From the NCBI GenBank assembly GCA_951406725.2, contig OX597824.1, forward strand, positions 86,986,001 through 87,050,000: a DNA stretch of 64,000 bases, given 5' to 3'. The notes below the pieces were generated by a model. It worked only from the letters and a program-made list of their open reading frames with translations, was not told where the DNA came from and searched no databases. The translations under genes and the position numbers were made by a program. Shown here one piece after another: positions 1 to 12,325 of the stretch (the first letter of the stretch is position 1; each line of letters begins with the position of its first letter). This DNA is from Octopus vulgaris (taxonomy: Eukaryota).

Positions 1-278
1 CAATAAGCAGTGCTTATAAACCCTCTACCTATTTACACCTATCTGTCATTACCAACCACTGAACTACAGAACACAGGAGCCTATCAATGTTGACCAAATA
101 TAATATATGTTATTATTATTATTATTATTTTTTTTTTGCACAATTGTATCACTAGGAAACTGGAATCTGAGGTTTTACATCCAAGCACAAATTCAAATTT
201 CCTTATTTGAATAATTTCTAAGGTTGGTACTTCAAGCAGCTACATGCAGAGTAGACTCCCTTTGTTAAATTCCAAATC

Positions 279-656
279 TTACTCTTTTACTTGTTTCAGT
301 CATTTGACTGCGGCCATGCTGGAGCACCGCCTTTAGTCGAGCAAATCGACCCCGGGACTTATTCTTTGTAAGCCCAGTACTTATTCTATTGGTCTCTTTT
401 GCCAAACCGCTAAGTTATGGGGACATAAACACACCAGCATCGGTTGTCAAGCAATGCTAGGGGGACAAACACATATATATATATACATATATACGACAGG
501 CTTCTTTCAGTTTCCGTCTACCAAATCCACTCACAAGGCATTGGTCGGCCCGGGGCTATAGCAGAAGACACTTGCCCAAGATGCCACGCAGTGGGACTGA
601 ACCCGGAACCATGTGGTTGGTTAGCAAGCTACTTACCACACAGCCACTCCTGCGCC
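279..656 (-). mobile_element. tRNA-derived octopus SINE family A (CORE-like domain, internal (TA/TG)n), full length
   Basis: Minus-strand head GGCGCAGGAGTGGCTGTGTGGTAAG (A box), GGTTCAGTCCC (B box), CORE-like CTTGGGCAAGTG, AAAGAGT-type tail. More than 15 copies in the window. Confidence 0.9.
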
Positions 657-1106
657 TATTTTATTCTTGTATTGCTCATGTAAGCCCTACCTTTAGCTCT
701 CTCATATATTCATTTAAAAAAAAAAATCTATAGCTCAATGGTCAGGGTGTTGTGTTCACGATTGCAGAATCATGGACAGGGTGATGTGTTATGTTCATAA
801 GCAAAACCCTGCATTTCACAATACTCCAGTCCCTTCAGATGTAAATGATTAACCCTGCAACAGACTGGCATCCGTTTCAGGGAGAATGTTGCCAATTCGG
901 TTATTTATACATCATGGGAAACTATGTACCTGGCCTCATTAGAATCCTGTGTATTTTGGAAAATGGTCTTGTAATTTGACTCTCTCAATATCCTCCTTAC
1001 TCTAAATACAAGATATTGCCAAAACTTTACAACAATATAAGTCTTTGCATGTATATATTTCCTTCCTTCCATGCCCTCTCAGCTCAGATTTAGTTAACAA
1101 TATATA

Positions 1107-2027
1107 TTTCTTTACTACCCACAAGGGGCTAAACACAGGGGACAAACTAGGAAAGACAAACGGATCAAGTCGATTATATCGAAACCAGTGCGTAACTGGT
1201 ACTTAATTTATCGATCCAGAAAGGATGAAAGGCAAAGTCGACCTCGGCGGAATTTGAACTCAGAAACAGATGAAATACCTATTTCTTTACTACCCACAAG
1301 GGGCTAAACACAGAGGGGACAAACTAGGAAAGACAAACGGATCAAGTCGATTATATCGAAACCAGTGCGTAACTGGTACTTAATTTATCGATCCAGAAAG
1401 GATGAAAGGCAAAGTCGACCTCGGCGGAATTTGAACTCAGAACGTAGCAGCAGACGAAATACCTATTTCTTTACTGCCCACAAGGGGCTAAACACAGAGG
1501 GGACAAACAAGGACAGACAAACGGATCAAGTCGATTATATCAACCCCAGTGCGTAACTGGTACCTAATTTATCAATCCCGAAAGGATGAAAGGCAAAGTT
1601 GACCTCGGCGGAATTTGAACTCAGAAACAGATGAAATACCTATTTCTTTACTACCCACAGAGGGGACAAACAAGGACAAATGGATCAAGTCGATTATATC
1701 GACCCCAGTGCGTAACTGGTACTTAATTTATCGAACCCGAAAGGATGAAAGGCAAAGTCGACCTCGGCGGAATTTGAACTCAGAACGTAGCGGCAGACGA
1801 AATACCTATTTCTTTACTGCCCACAAGGGACTAAACACAGAGAGGACAAACGGATCAAGTCGATTATATCGACCCCAGTGCATAACTGGTACTTAATTTA
1901 TCGATCCCGAGAGGATGAAAGGCAAAGTCAACCTCGGTGGAATTTGAACTCAGAATGTAGCGGCAGACGAAATACGGCTACGCATTGCGGCGAGCTGGCA
2001 GAAACGTTTCTGCCAGCTTGCTGCCTT
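1107..2027 (-). mobile_element. Head-to-tail pentamer of SINE family B (Meta-like domain GCCTTTCATCCTTTCGGGGTCGATAAA)
   Basis: Units start at about 1107, 1282, 1466, 1643 and 1809; only the last carries the head. Single copies at about 7345-7560, 22040-22260, 29920-30155, 40655-40840 (minus) and 53278-53495 (plus). Confidence 0.88.
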
Positions 2028-2202
2028 AGATTTAGTTTTATGTTCCTAACACTAGATTAATGATAACCAAGTTATTTTACTAAATTCTTTGTTATATTTA
2101 GAACTGAAAGAAACACAAAGCATCTCAACAGAAATATGGGAACAAAAGGGTTAAAAGCACTCATGCTGGTGCCATGTAGAAAGCACTAGTGATGGTGCCA
2201 CC

Positions 2203-2433
2203 TTAACCCTTTTGATACCAACCCACCTGAAACCAGCTCTGGCCCTGTAGTACAAATGTCTTATTTTCATAAGTTCTGAATTAAAATCTTCCACCAAACC
2301 TTAGTCACAATTTATGTTCCTAACACTAGCTGAATGATAACTAAGTTATTTTACTAAATTCTTTGTAATATTTAAAATTAATGGAAAGAAACACAGAGCA
2401 TCTCAAAATAATGAAAGGTAATGAAAGAGTTAA
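2203..2433 (+). mobile_element. TTAA-flanked piggyBac-like MITE, monomer; second monomer at 49765-49992
   Basis: TTAA-CCCTTT...AAAG(A/G)G-TTAA. Confidence 0.75.
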
Positions 2434-2684
2434 ATACTGTAAAAGCAATTTCTTCTTTTTTTTACTGAAGTTGTTATAGAATTAGTCTTTCAGATGCACA
2501 TGACAGCAATTGCTATTGACAACAGATACAAATACTGTCATTCTATGATTTTTACCCTACATTGATTATATTTTCCATCTGCTAAAAATGTACCGGTGTC
2601 GCAGTGGTTAAGAATTGTTACCTACCCAGAAGGAATTTTAGTCTCCAAATGTCTAGTTTGGCCAATGCATCTTCTCACTTCACT

Positions 2685-2965
2685 CCTTCAGAAACATTTT
2701 TTCACGCTAAGAGTTGCTGAAGCATGGAGCAAACTGCCGGCATCAATTGTTAGTTGTCGGAGCACTGAATCCTTCAAAACTTCCATGCTTCCTGAGATTC
2801 GCCAACACTACACCTGATTTTCTCCCCTCCATACACACACAAGCATATATCTGACTCATACACTGTTCACTTCCCAGACATTTGTACATTACTGCATATG
2901 CTTTATACGCACTTTTGACAAGTTGTGGTGCACCTGAGCACTGTATACAATAATTTCATTATTAT
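2685..2965 (+). mobile_element. CR1-group LINE 3' fragment
   Basis: KHFFTLRVAEAWSKLPASIVSCRSTESFK matches the FFxxRVxxxWNxLP...FK C-terminal motif; (ATT)n tail. Confidence 0.75.
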
Positions 2966-2990
2966 TTTAAAACAATAAACCCTAACTCAC

Positions 2991-3068
2991 TCATTCTTTT
3001 TTTAGTATATGCTCGGTAATTCACAAAACCCCTGTCTTTAGCATCAATATTAACGAATATGAAACAGA
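2991..3068 (-). other. Candidate exon (78 nt): 5'UTR exon ending ...AGAATGA| or a phase-1 coding exon
   Basis: Strong acceptor ttttcttttcatcgtcctttcatttag| and donor |gtgagt. Only phase 1 is open (CFIFVNIDAKDRGFVNYRAYTKKRM). Confidence 0.45.
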
Positions 3069-3453
3069 CTAAATGAAAGGACGATGAAAAGAAAATCCTG
3101 ATGCTCCACTGCAACAAGCAGACATGGCTGTGTGGTTAAGCAGCTTGCTTTGCAACCGTGTGGGTTTGAGTTCAGTCTCACTACACAGCACCTTGGGCAA
3201 GTGTCTTTTAACCCTGGGCTAACCAATACTTTGCGAGCAAATTTGGTTCACAGAAACTGTGTGGAAGCCCATCACACACACACACATATAGATATATACA
3301 TGGAAAGCGGATGTTAAACGATAATGATGATGATGATGTGTGTGATTGTTTTCCACCCTACCATTGCTTGACAACTGGTGTTGGTTTGTTTATGTCCCAG
3401 TAATTTTTGTGTAGTTTAGCAAAAGGGGCTGATAGAATAAATACCAAACTATA

Positions 3454-3768
3454 TACTCTTTTACTTGATTCAGTCATTTGACTGTGGCCATGCTGGAGCA
3501 CCGCCTTTAATCGAGCAACTTGACCCTGGGACTTATTCTTTGTAAGCCTAGTACTTATTCTATCGGCCTCTTTGACGAACCGCTAAGTTATGGGGACATA
3601 AACACACCAGCATCGGTTGTCAAGTGATGTTGGGGGAACAAACACAGACACACAAACATACACGCACACACATATATATATACATATATACGACGGGCTT
3701 CTTTCAGTTTCTGTCTACCAAATCCATTCACAAGGCTTTGGTCGGCCTGAGGCTACAGTAGAAGACAC
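3454..3768 (-). mobile_element. SINE family A, head-truncated
   Basis: Near-identical to the body of 279-656. A degenerate plus-strand copy lies directly before it (about 3118-3450). Confidence 0.85.
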
Positions 3769-4558
3769 AACCAGAAAAATGTTCACTTAAAGAGAATAAC
3801 AAGCTACATAATGCAAAATTTTTACTTTTCAAAAATTCCAATTCTAAAGGTTGGTAAACAAACTTACCGAGCAATGCCATACTGCACCTATATATATATA
3901 TATATATAAAGTAATGGGGGTCGATATGTTTGACTAAACCCTCTAAGGCGATGCTCCAGCATGGCCACAGTCCAATGACTGAAACAAGTAGAAGATAAAG
4001 AAAAGAGAAAGATATCAACCGTAAACTAAAATAATATGATACAGCCATAGCATGTTTATGATTCATGGTGTTTACTTAGCTGGATATTAGCAATGATAAA
4101 AATAGGTCTTTAATATAGAAAAAAAAAAAAATTTACAATGAAAAGATTCAAGTGAAAAAACTATTTTCTCAGCAGTGTAGCTTAGTTAGTCAATTGGCTG
4201 CTGTCAAGTCTGTACATTGTTCTAGAAGACTCTTCCTAATTTAAAGCTGAAATGCTTTAGGAGTGTCATAATTTGATCTATTACAAGTGTTCTCATCAAA
4301 GCAAAATTGTGAACCTATCCCAGAGACAATTTTGACAAACTAAGCATCAGATACTTGAAGGAACCTAAGATGACTAATAAAATGTGTAAACAGTCAGATA
4401 AGTGGAATCGCTCTCTCGCCTTTAAACCCTTCCTATGAACACAGCAATGGCGTTCCTATTTGATTTTTATCACAATTCAACAGTTTATAAAAAAAATAAA
4501 AAATAAAAAACAAACCCTAAAACTCCCCATAGCCTATGAATGACAACCAGCCTAAATG

Positions 4559-4950
4559 TCTCTATATATAAAGCTGAAGTTGTCTGTGTGTGGCAGGTTT
4601 GGTAGCCTTCAACTAACACTATCTCCTCCGAGACACTGCGACGCAAGTTGGCCAAAATTGAGAGTATGATAGAAGAAGGCTTGCTCTTCATTCCGTAGAA
4701 GAAAAAAATTCAAATCGGACCATGTTAACACCAAAAATTATTTACATCAAATAGGCCCTTTTTTTTCTATGAAAATCCCTATTGTTTATGATTTTTTGAC
4801 TGCTGTGTCGCCATTTTGCGGCGTATTTCAACCAGAAAAATATTCACTTAAAGAGAATAACAAGCTATATAATGCAAAATTTTTACTTTTCAAAAATTCC
4901 AATTCTAAAGGGTCAAAACAAACCCGAGCAATGCCGGGCGATACTGCTAG
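4559..4950 (+). mobile_element. Non-autonomous Helitron
   Basis: 5' TC(TC)TATATATAAA; 3' hairpin CCCGAGCAATGCCGGG then ATACTGCTAG|T. Minus-strand sibling at 42394-42768. Confidence 0.8.
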
Positions 4951-5286
4951 TTTAAAGTATAATAACGCTTTCAAATTTTGACCAGTAATTTGAGAAGGTG
5001 TAAGTGTCCTGAGAGGACGAAAGGCGAATCTGATCTTGGTGAAATCTGAACTGAGAGCATAAGTGTCGAAAATTTCAAGCATAATAATTCTATCTGTTTT
5101 AAGAACACGGTCTGAAGTTTTGTGGCAAGGGAATAAGTCCGATTATATTGGTCGCGAACGGATGAAAGGCAAAATCGTCTTTGGCGGAATTGGAACCCAG
5201 GAAGCTAAAGACGGACGAAATGCCGTCATGCATTTTGTCCGGCGGACTAAAGATCCTACCAGCTCGCTGTCTTAGTCTGATGCATA

Positions 5287-5565
5287 ATCACTGTGATCAC
5301 CGTGACCGAACAGGCTATCAGATGTTGCTACACATCGCTGGTCACAATGCACTTCGCAGGCCAACAGAAGAAAGAGTGAGAGAAAGTTGCGGCGAAAGAG
5401 TACAGCATGGATCGCCACCACCACCCTGCCGGAGCCTCGTGGAGCTTTAGGCATTTTCGCTCAATAAACACTCACAACGCCCTGTCTGGGAATCGAAACC
5501 ACGATCCTACGACCGCAAGTCCACTGCCTTAACCACTGCCTTAACCACTGGGCCATTGTGCCTCC
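5287..5565 (-). mobile_element. tRNA-derived SINE family C
   Basis: Minus-strand head GGAGGCACAATGGCCCAGTGGTTAAGG...GGTTTCGATTCCC; tail gtcacggtgat. Partial copies at about 41800-41937 and 50065-50268. Confidence 0.8.
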
Positions 5566-5719
5566 ACACACACATACATACATATATATAATCTATTGAC
5601 TAATTTTTTCTACATGCTAGGCAACTGGTAGCAAAAATTTCTAAACTTTTTATTACCTTCATACTATTAATTATTGTCCTAACCACTGCGCCTCCACTTC
5701 TAAAGCATAATCATCACAG

Positions 5720-6350
5720 TTGATACGTCAGATTAATAAAAACGGTAGTATAAGCTAACAAATCGGGAAATATTTATAAAATACGATTATAACATCCCGA
5801 AATTCTACCCCGCAATCGCCGAGACATAAGAGTTCTCTCCCTTCTAAACGACCCCCGCCCCTTTACAAGTTGGAAATGTCTCAAAGTCATAGGATGTAAC
5901 TTACACCACGTTCTTTTTATATAAACTGTTTCTCACTAGGTTTCACCACATCAGTATGACTGGGGCACGCTGCACCTACCTACTCTCATGAAATAAGTCT
6001 CACGTTACACGAAGCAGAACACTTCACATGTCTACGATAAAACCAAACCACAACACGGGTGTATTTATTATTAGACTCCAGTGTCGTGACATCGTTAACA
6101 AAACGAAATCAAAAACGACGGACCGGACCTTTCTTCATAAGTTCACTGCACTTATTTTTGCCTGTTTTCATTAATATATTCGCTTTATTATAAGTTCTCG
6201 TTTCTTGTTAGTTGAGTAAAGAAACAGGAGCGCCAAATAATTTGCTTCTCGCGGCTAAATGTTCTTTAAGGCTGAGCGTAACAATATGCACGCTAGAGCT
6301 GCTTACCCGTGAAGATATTTGTAAGGGTAGCCAGCTGATCGGAATTAAGA
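5720..6350 (-). promoter_or_regulatory. CpG-enriched unique region, putative promoter and first exon(s)
   Basis: Visibly many CpGs versus flanks and no TE. Minus-strand donors ACGG|gtaagc (6307/6306) and TGGT|gtaagt (5905/5904). Confidence 0.45.
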
Positions 6351-6483
6351 AGTTTTATAATAACAGAAATATAATAATGTAATAGGAGAATCTATTTTGG
6401 GGAAAAAGAACAACACTTCTGCAAGTTGTTAATGTCATGCGGGCGCTCGCGCACGCGTGCGTGTGCATGAAATATGCAATATA

Positions 6484-7040
6484 GGCACAGGTGTGGCTGT
6501 GTGGTAAGAAGCTTGCTTCCCAACCACATGGTTCTGGGTTCAGTCCCACTGCGAGGCACTTTGAGCAAGCGTCTTCTACTGTAGCCTTGGGCCGACCAAA
6601 GCCTTGTTGTTGTTGTTAAGCAACAAGACAGGTAAGGGTGATTAGGTGATGGTCTAGGGCTTAGGGGCAGGAGACCCCAGACCTTGGGGAAAAAAAAACA
6701 AACTTTGGTCGTCTTGTTGTAGTCGAAGGCTCTTCGTCAACGCCCGACACCACTGGGAGGTGGCCCTCGAAGTCGCTGGAAATGGAGATCTCCAGGTCTA
6801 AATTCTTGAACGGCCCAAAGTCTTGTAAATGGATTTGGTAGACGGAAACTGAAAGAAGCCCGTTGTATATATTATGTGTTTACATCCCCATAACTTAGTG
6901 GTTCAGCAAAAGAGACCAACAGAATAAGTACAGAGCTTTAAAAAAAAAAAAGTCCAGGGTTTGATTCATTCGACTAAGAATTCATTAAAGGCAGAGCCCC
7001 TTCAATGGCTGCAGTGTCATGACTGAAACAAGTAGAATAA
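6484..7040 (+). mobile_element. SINE family A interrupted by a 207-bp insertion (6608-6814)
   Basis: Head at 6484; body resumes at 6815; duplicated ccaaag(c/t)cttgt. Confidence 0.85.
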
Positions 7041-8159
7041 GATTTCCATACTGTTTGCTTTGCATGATTTGAAGAAATTTGTAGAATGGCTTCTTTGAAA
7101 GCTTAACTTGAACAACACCCATAACATTAATTACAAATAGTATAATTAAAGTAAAATAGATTTTAAGAAAAGAAAAAAGAACCATAAAAGAATCATAACA
7201 CCAAGTTTGTTTTTCTTAATGATGGTTGATAAACAAAACATTTTGTTTACTTTAATTCCTAATAAAAACACAAGTTATGTGAATTTCTTTAAAATTGCTT
7301 CAAATCAGTGATTCTCAGCCATTTTTTTAACCTATGGATCTGTTTATTTATTACCCACAAGAAGCTAAACATAGAGGGGACAGACAAAGGGATTAAGTCT
7401 ACATTGATCCCAGTGTGTATCTGGTACTTAATTTATCGACCCCGAAAGGACGAAAGGCAAAGTCGACCTCGGCGGAATTTGAGCTCAGAATGTAATGGCA
7501 GACGAAATACGGCTACGCATTTCGCCCGGCGCACTAACGGTTTCTGCCAGCTCGCCCCCTTTTTTACCTATGGATCCTTTAGATCTTATTTTACTTGGGT
7601 GGACCCTGGAGGCATAGCCAGGTTCTGAAGTTAGAAAGAGCAAGCACATACCAAACAATTTTTAACTCATTTGCCTTATATTATGCAAAATCTTTCATTA
7701 GTTATAATATATGTAATTGTATTCTATATTCATTAATTTCATGTTTCAGTAACAATGTTGTTATGTATGGAACTTACATCTACTGATATACGAAATTAAC
7801 ATAGAGTTTAAAAAGAAACTTTCGAAAAGGTACCAATTTTGGAAGAAGTGTGCTCGGGAGGAGCAGACACCTCCTCTTGCACCCCTGGTGGACCCCATTC
7901 TTCTATTCTTTTCAGTCATTTGACTGCAGCCATGCTGGAGCACTACCTTTGGTCAAACGGATCAATCCCAAGATTTATTCTTTGTGAGCCTAGTACTTAT
8001 TCTATCGGTGTCTTTTGCTGAACCACTAAGTGACGGGGACAAACACAAACATATGTATGTAGATATATGTGTGTGTGTATATATATGTATGTATGTATGT
8101 ATGTTTGTGTATGTATATATATATATATATCTGCTGGATGTGTTATGTCAGTATGCATA

Positions 8160-8842
8160 CACAACAGAGTGTAAGTGCCATGAGAGAAAAGTTGGAATTA
8201 AGAAGCATCAGATGTAGTGTGCAAGAGAGATGACTGTGCTGGTATGGTCATGTGTTGCGAATGGATGAGGACAGCTGTGGGAAAAAGTGTCACACCCTAA
8301 CAGTGGAGGGAACCTGTGGAAGAGGTAGACCCAGGAAAACCTGGGATGAGGTGGTGAAGCACAACCTTTGAACATTGGGCCTCATCAAGGCAATGACAAG
8401 TGACCGAGACCTTTGGAAATATGCAGTGCTTGAGAAGTCCCAGCAAGCCAAGTGAGACCATAACCATGGCCTATGCCAGGGCTGTATAACCAGCCCATTT
8501 AAGAGTACCCATCAACCATTGGACAATAAACTATGCTTGTTAAGGCAAGTGAAATCACTGTCGTGGCCAATGACAGTATCGCTTGATTGGCATCTGTGCC
8601 AGTGGAACATTAAAAGTAACATTCAAGCATGATTGTTGCCAGTGGCACGTAAAAGAAAGCACCGTTTGAGCATGGCTGCCGCCAGTACCACCAGGCTGGC
8701 CCTCATGCCAGTGGCATGAAGAAGCACCCACTACACTTTTGGCGTTTAGGAAGCGCATCCAGCTACAGAAATTTTGCCAGATCAGATTGGAGACTGGTGC
8801 AGCCTTCTGGCTCGCTAGCCCACAGTCAAACCATACCAGCAT
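8160..8842 (+). mobile_element. RTE-clade LINE 3' fragment with Nin-like 3' region
   Basis: Translates ER*LCWYGHVLRMDEDS...VEGTCGRGRPRKTWDEVV...DRDLW, a typical RTE C-terminus, with stops. Confidence 0.85.
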
Positions 8843-9068
8843 TTTTATAATTGGATGAATTTATATTGAATTCGTTTATTTTGTTCATTGCATACTTAAG
8901 ACTGTTAATTGATAGGACCAATGAAACAAATCCATTTAGTACAATAAATGAATTAATTGCATTGAAATTAAAAACATTTGTGTATTAAGAATTTGGGTAC
9001 TTTACCAACAGTATATTGGATAAATACTATCCCTTAGTGGGTTACATCCATAACTCCTATCTTACTTT

Positions 9069-9123
<55 letters not shown>

Positions 9124-10440
9124 TACTGTCTCCTTGCCTAAAAGAAAACAAGCATCTTGAAAACAAGTAAGGGTTGGCGAGAGGGCATCTGGCTATAAAA
9201 AATCTGCCTCAGCAAATTCTGTCCAACCCATGAAAGCATGGAAAAGTGGACATTAAAATGATGGTATTTGCTATGACTGGATGCCCTACCTGTCACCAAC
9301 CCTCACCTGTTTCCAAGTTAGGCAATATTTTCTCCCATGGTCAGACATGTTTTTCACATACAACTGGAAGCAAACTACCCCACTTGTGTGACAATGATGC
9401 TCGTTTACGACCAACAATGTAGCCTTAAATTGTTTCTGAAAAATATGTAGAATTATAGTCTAGAAATATAAACTAGACTAGATGACACCTTAATAAAAAA
9501 TGTTCACACAGCCAACTGTAAAAACTACAGCCTTCTACATTCCACATTCCACACTGTGCTTAAAACCTGGAATTATCTTCATTATCTATAATTTAGTCTA
9601 TTTATTTTTATCTCATTATGAAACAAAACATTAATTATAAGCAAGCACACATACATACTTTAATATAAAATAAATAAAAGGAAGACTGAAATTAAATTGT
9701 ACTTTTCTTCTTCGGATTAATAATAGTAGGTTTATCTTAGCTTATTCTATACAATGTTATTCTTCTCCAGATTAATAGTAGCTTTATCTTAGTGTAATCT
9801 TTTACGATGATATTTGTCTATAAAACATGTAATACAAGTGAAAAGTAGAATGACAATGAAAATATACTGCAAATATCTGGCAGGAAAAAAGATGCTTAAA
9901 AAAAACAAACCCTGTTGAATGTAGAATAGTCAGCTTAAAGAGAGATTACAAATGCATGATACCACAAGAATAGATGAAAATAGCTGACCAGGATGGATAA
10001 ATGATAGATATGTGCAGATGCTGACAGAATTACAAAAAAAAAGAAAAAGAAAAAAAAAAGGCAAAATGTAAGAAAGTTCGGGTGATCTAAAAATAACATG
10101 GAAAAAGATAGATGCAATGTTAATGATGAAAAGTTGAAAAAGATATATATATATATAAAAAAAAAATGAAACCAGAATAAAACTATTTCTAAAGTTATTA
10201 TGTGGGTGTATGTACGATTGTGTGTATGACAGGACGATCTTGTACTAACTTACTAAAACTTTAAAAAAAAAAAAATTTTATACACACACATGATACACAT
10301 ATACACTTGCACAGTACACATATACATGCACAAAAACGAATTCTACTTCAATCACAGAGTTTCCTAAAGCCAATGCTTAGCTCCAAATTCAATTGTGTAT
10401 TAAAAAGGACGAGAGATTAATTTCAACGTTTCGACAGAAA

Positions 10441-10507
10441 TTATTGTGTGGCTTTCGGCTGGAGAAATTCAGTTGGTGGGGAGAACCCACTGCGAAATGC
10501 AAACGAA
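10441..10507 (-). CDS. Candidate terminal exon after the half-LIM exon, phase 2: (T)SFAFRSGFSPPTEFLQPKATQ*
   Basis: Branch-like cactaag plus tttacctttgtttag| acceptor; GC-richer island; followed by about 1 kb of TE-poor U-rich sequence with AATAAA. Confidence 0.3.
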
Positions 10508-10885
10508 CTAAACAAAGGTAAACTTAGTGCAATAGTCTCCCCCATGCATGTAACGAATACTATTAAAGAAACATACTTACATCGTTAGTATTTTACAAAT
10601 ACCACTAGCATATTAATTACCGACAAAAACACTTTTCTATTTAGACTAACAATAGCTGCTCTCTCAACTTTGAATAACCAATGTATTTATAAATGTATTT
10701 ATAAGTCATTCACTCAATTATGCTAGTATTAACCCTGCCGTGCTGTATTCCTACTATAGCAGGAATAGGTTAAACATCATCTCTGCTGGGTTTTCAGTAA
10801 AGCACTAATGACCAACACACATAGGAAAGGAAGATGCAGCTGGTTCTGTCCATTAGTTTACCTGCAGTCAATACTCTTGAGCTTT

Positions 10886-11330
10886 CATCATCATCATCAT
10901 CATTTTACGTTCGCTTTCCATGCTGGCATGGGTTGGACGATTTGACCGAGGACTGGCGAACCAGATGGAAGCACCAGGCTCCAATCTGATCTGGCAGAGT
11001 TTCTACAGCTGGATGCCCTTCCTAAAGCCAACCACTCCGAGAGTGTAGTGGGTGCTTTTACGTGCCACCGGCACGAGGGCCAGTTTGGTGGTACTGGCAA
11101 CGGGCCATGCCCAAATGGTGCTTTTTACATGCCACCTGCACAGGAGACAGTCCAGCGGCACTGGCGACGACCTCGCTCGAATGTTTCATGTGCCACCAGC
11201 ACAAATGCTAGTAAGGCGACGCTCGAATGGTGTGCTTAACGTGCCATCGGCACGAAGGCCAGTTTGTTGCTCTGGCAACGATCTCACTCGTATGGTACTC
11301 TTAGCGCTCCACTATCAACGGAAGCCACGA
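10886..11330 (-). mobile_element. 3' end of the RTE/Nin-domain element with (GAT)n tail
   Basis: Reverse complement of GGC.TTAGGAAGGGCATCCAGCTGTAGAAA. Further copies at about 40852-41008, 41525-41782, 55135-55362 and 62945-63225. Confidence 0.8.
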
Positions 11331-12130
11331 ATGCCAGAGCTTGGGTGGAGGGTAAAGATAGACACAGGGGCCCAGGTCTGACAGGGTTAACGAAAGCAGT
11401 AAAAATCACATTTTTATCTAAATGAACTCAAGTAAATTATTCAACAAAGTTTTCTATATTGTTAAACCTGTCTTAAACTTTACAACGACAACATTAGCTG
11501 AAAAATGCACGTATGAATTTCTTCAAGATGTGATGTTGACAACACATCTTTTATCTGTAACCTTCATATTAACAAGGTTAGATAACAATATTTCTGTAAG
11601 AAAATACATTGACCTTACTTTCATGGTTTTGAGCTGCTTTATTCTAACAAGTGAAATAGTAATTCTTTTAAGTTATTTAGACTTCATAAATATCTTTAAC
11701 GTGAGACTAAAATGCCAAAATTTGAAATGGTTACTGTGCTATCTTGATCAGCTCAAAGGAATTTCCAAGCAGGACAAGGAAATAGAAATAAAGTGAGAAT
11801 TGTGATTAGTACTGAATGGTGGATGGTACTAAAAGAACAATCAATGAATAGAGTCAAACTCTTGGGCCATTTTTGGAAAATGCTACTCAAGAGTGGAAAC
11901 GTTGTTAATAATAAGTAGAGAGGAAAAGAGGGAAAGAGAGAGACAGAGTGAGAGGCAGACAGGGAGGAGGAAAGTGAGAGTGAGAGAGGAATGAATTGTC
12001 AGCTGATTGGAGATGAGGTGTGTTAATTTTGAAGATGGTGGAGGGGAGACTGACTAAAAGTTGCAACTTGACCTGTAGCCAGTGGATGAATAGGTTTTTT
12101 CATAACGAGTAACAACAGTGTGATGCCTTA

Positions 12131-12325
<195 letters not shown>

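Noticed and set aside
444-683. Recurring ORFs such as DGLLSVSVYQIHSQGFGRPEAIVEDTCPRCHAVGLNPEPCGW at many loci
   Set aside because: Antisense translations of SINE family A, not a gene family.
10729-11390. TTAA-CCCTG...CAGGG-TTAA MITE enclosing a Nin element
   Set aside because: Only about 5 bp of TIR match and no second copy in the window.
11422-11796. 124-aa plus-strand ORF
   Set aside because: AT-driven composition, no motif, antisense to the LIM gene.
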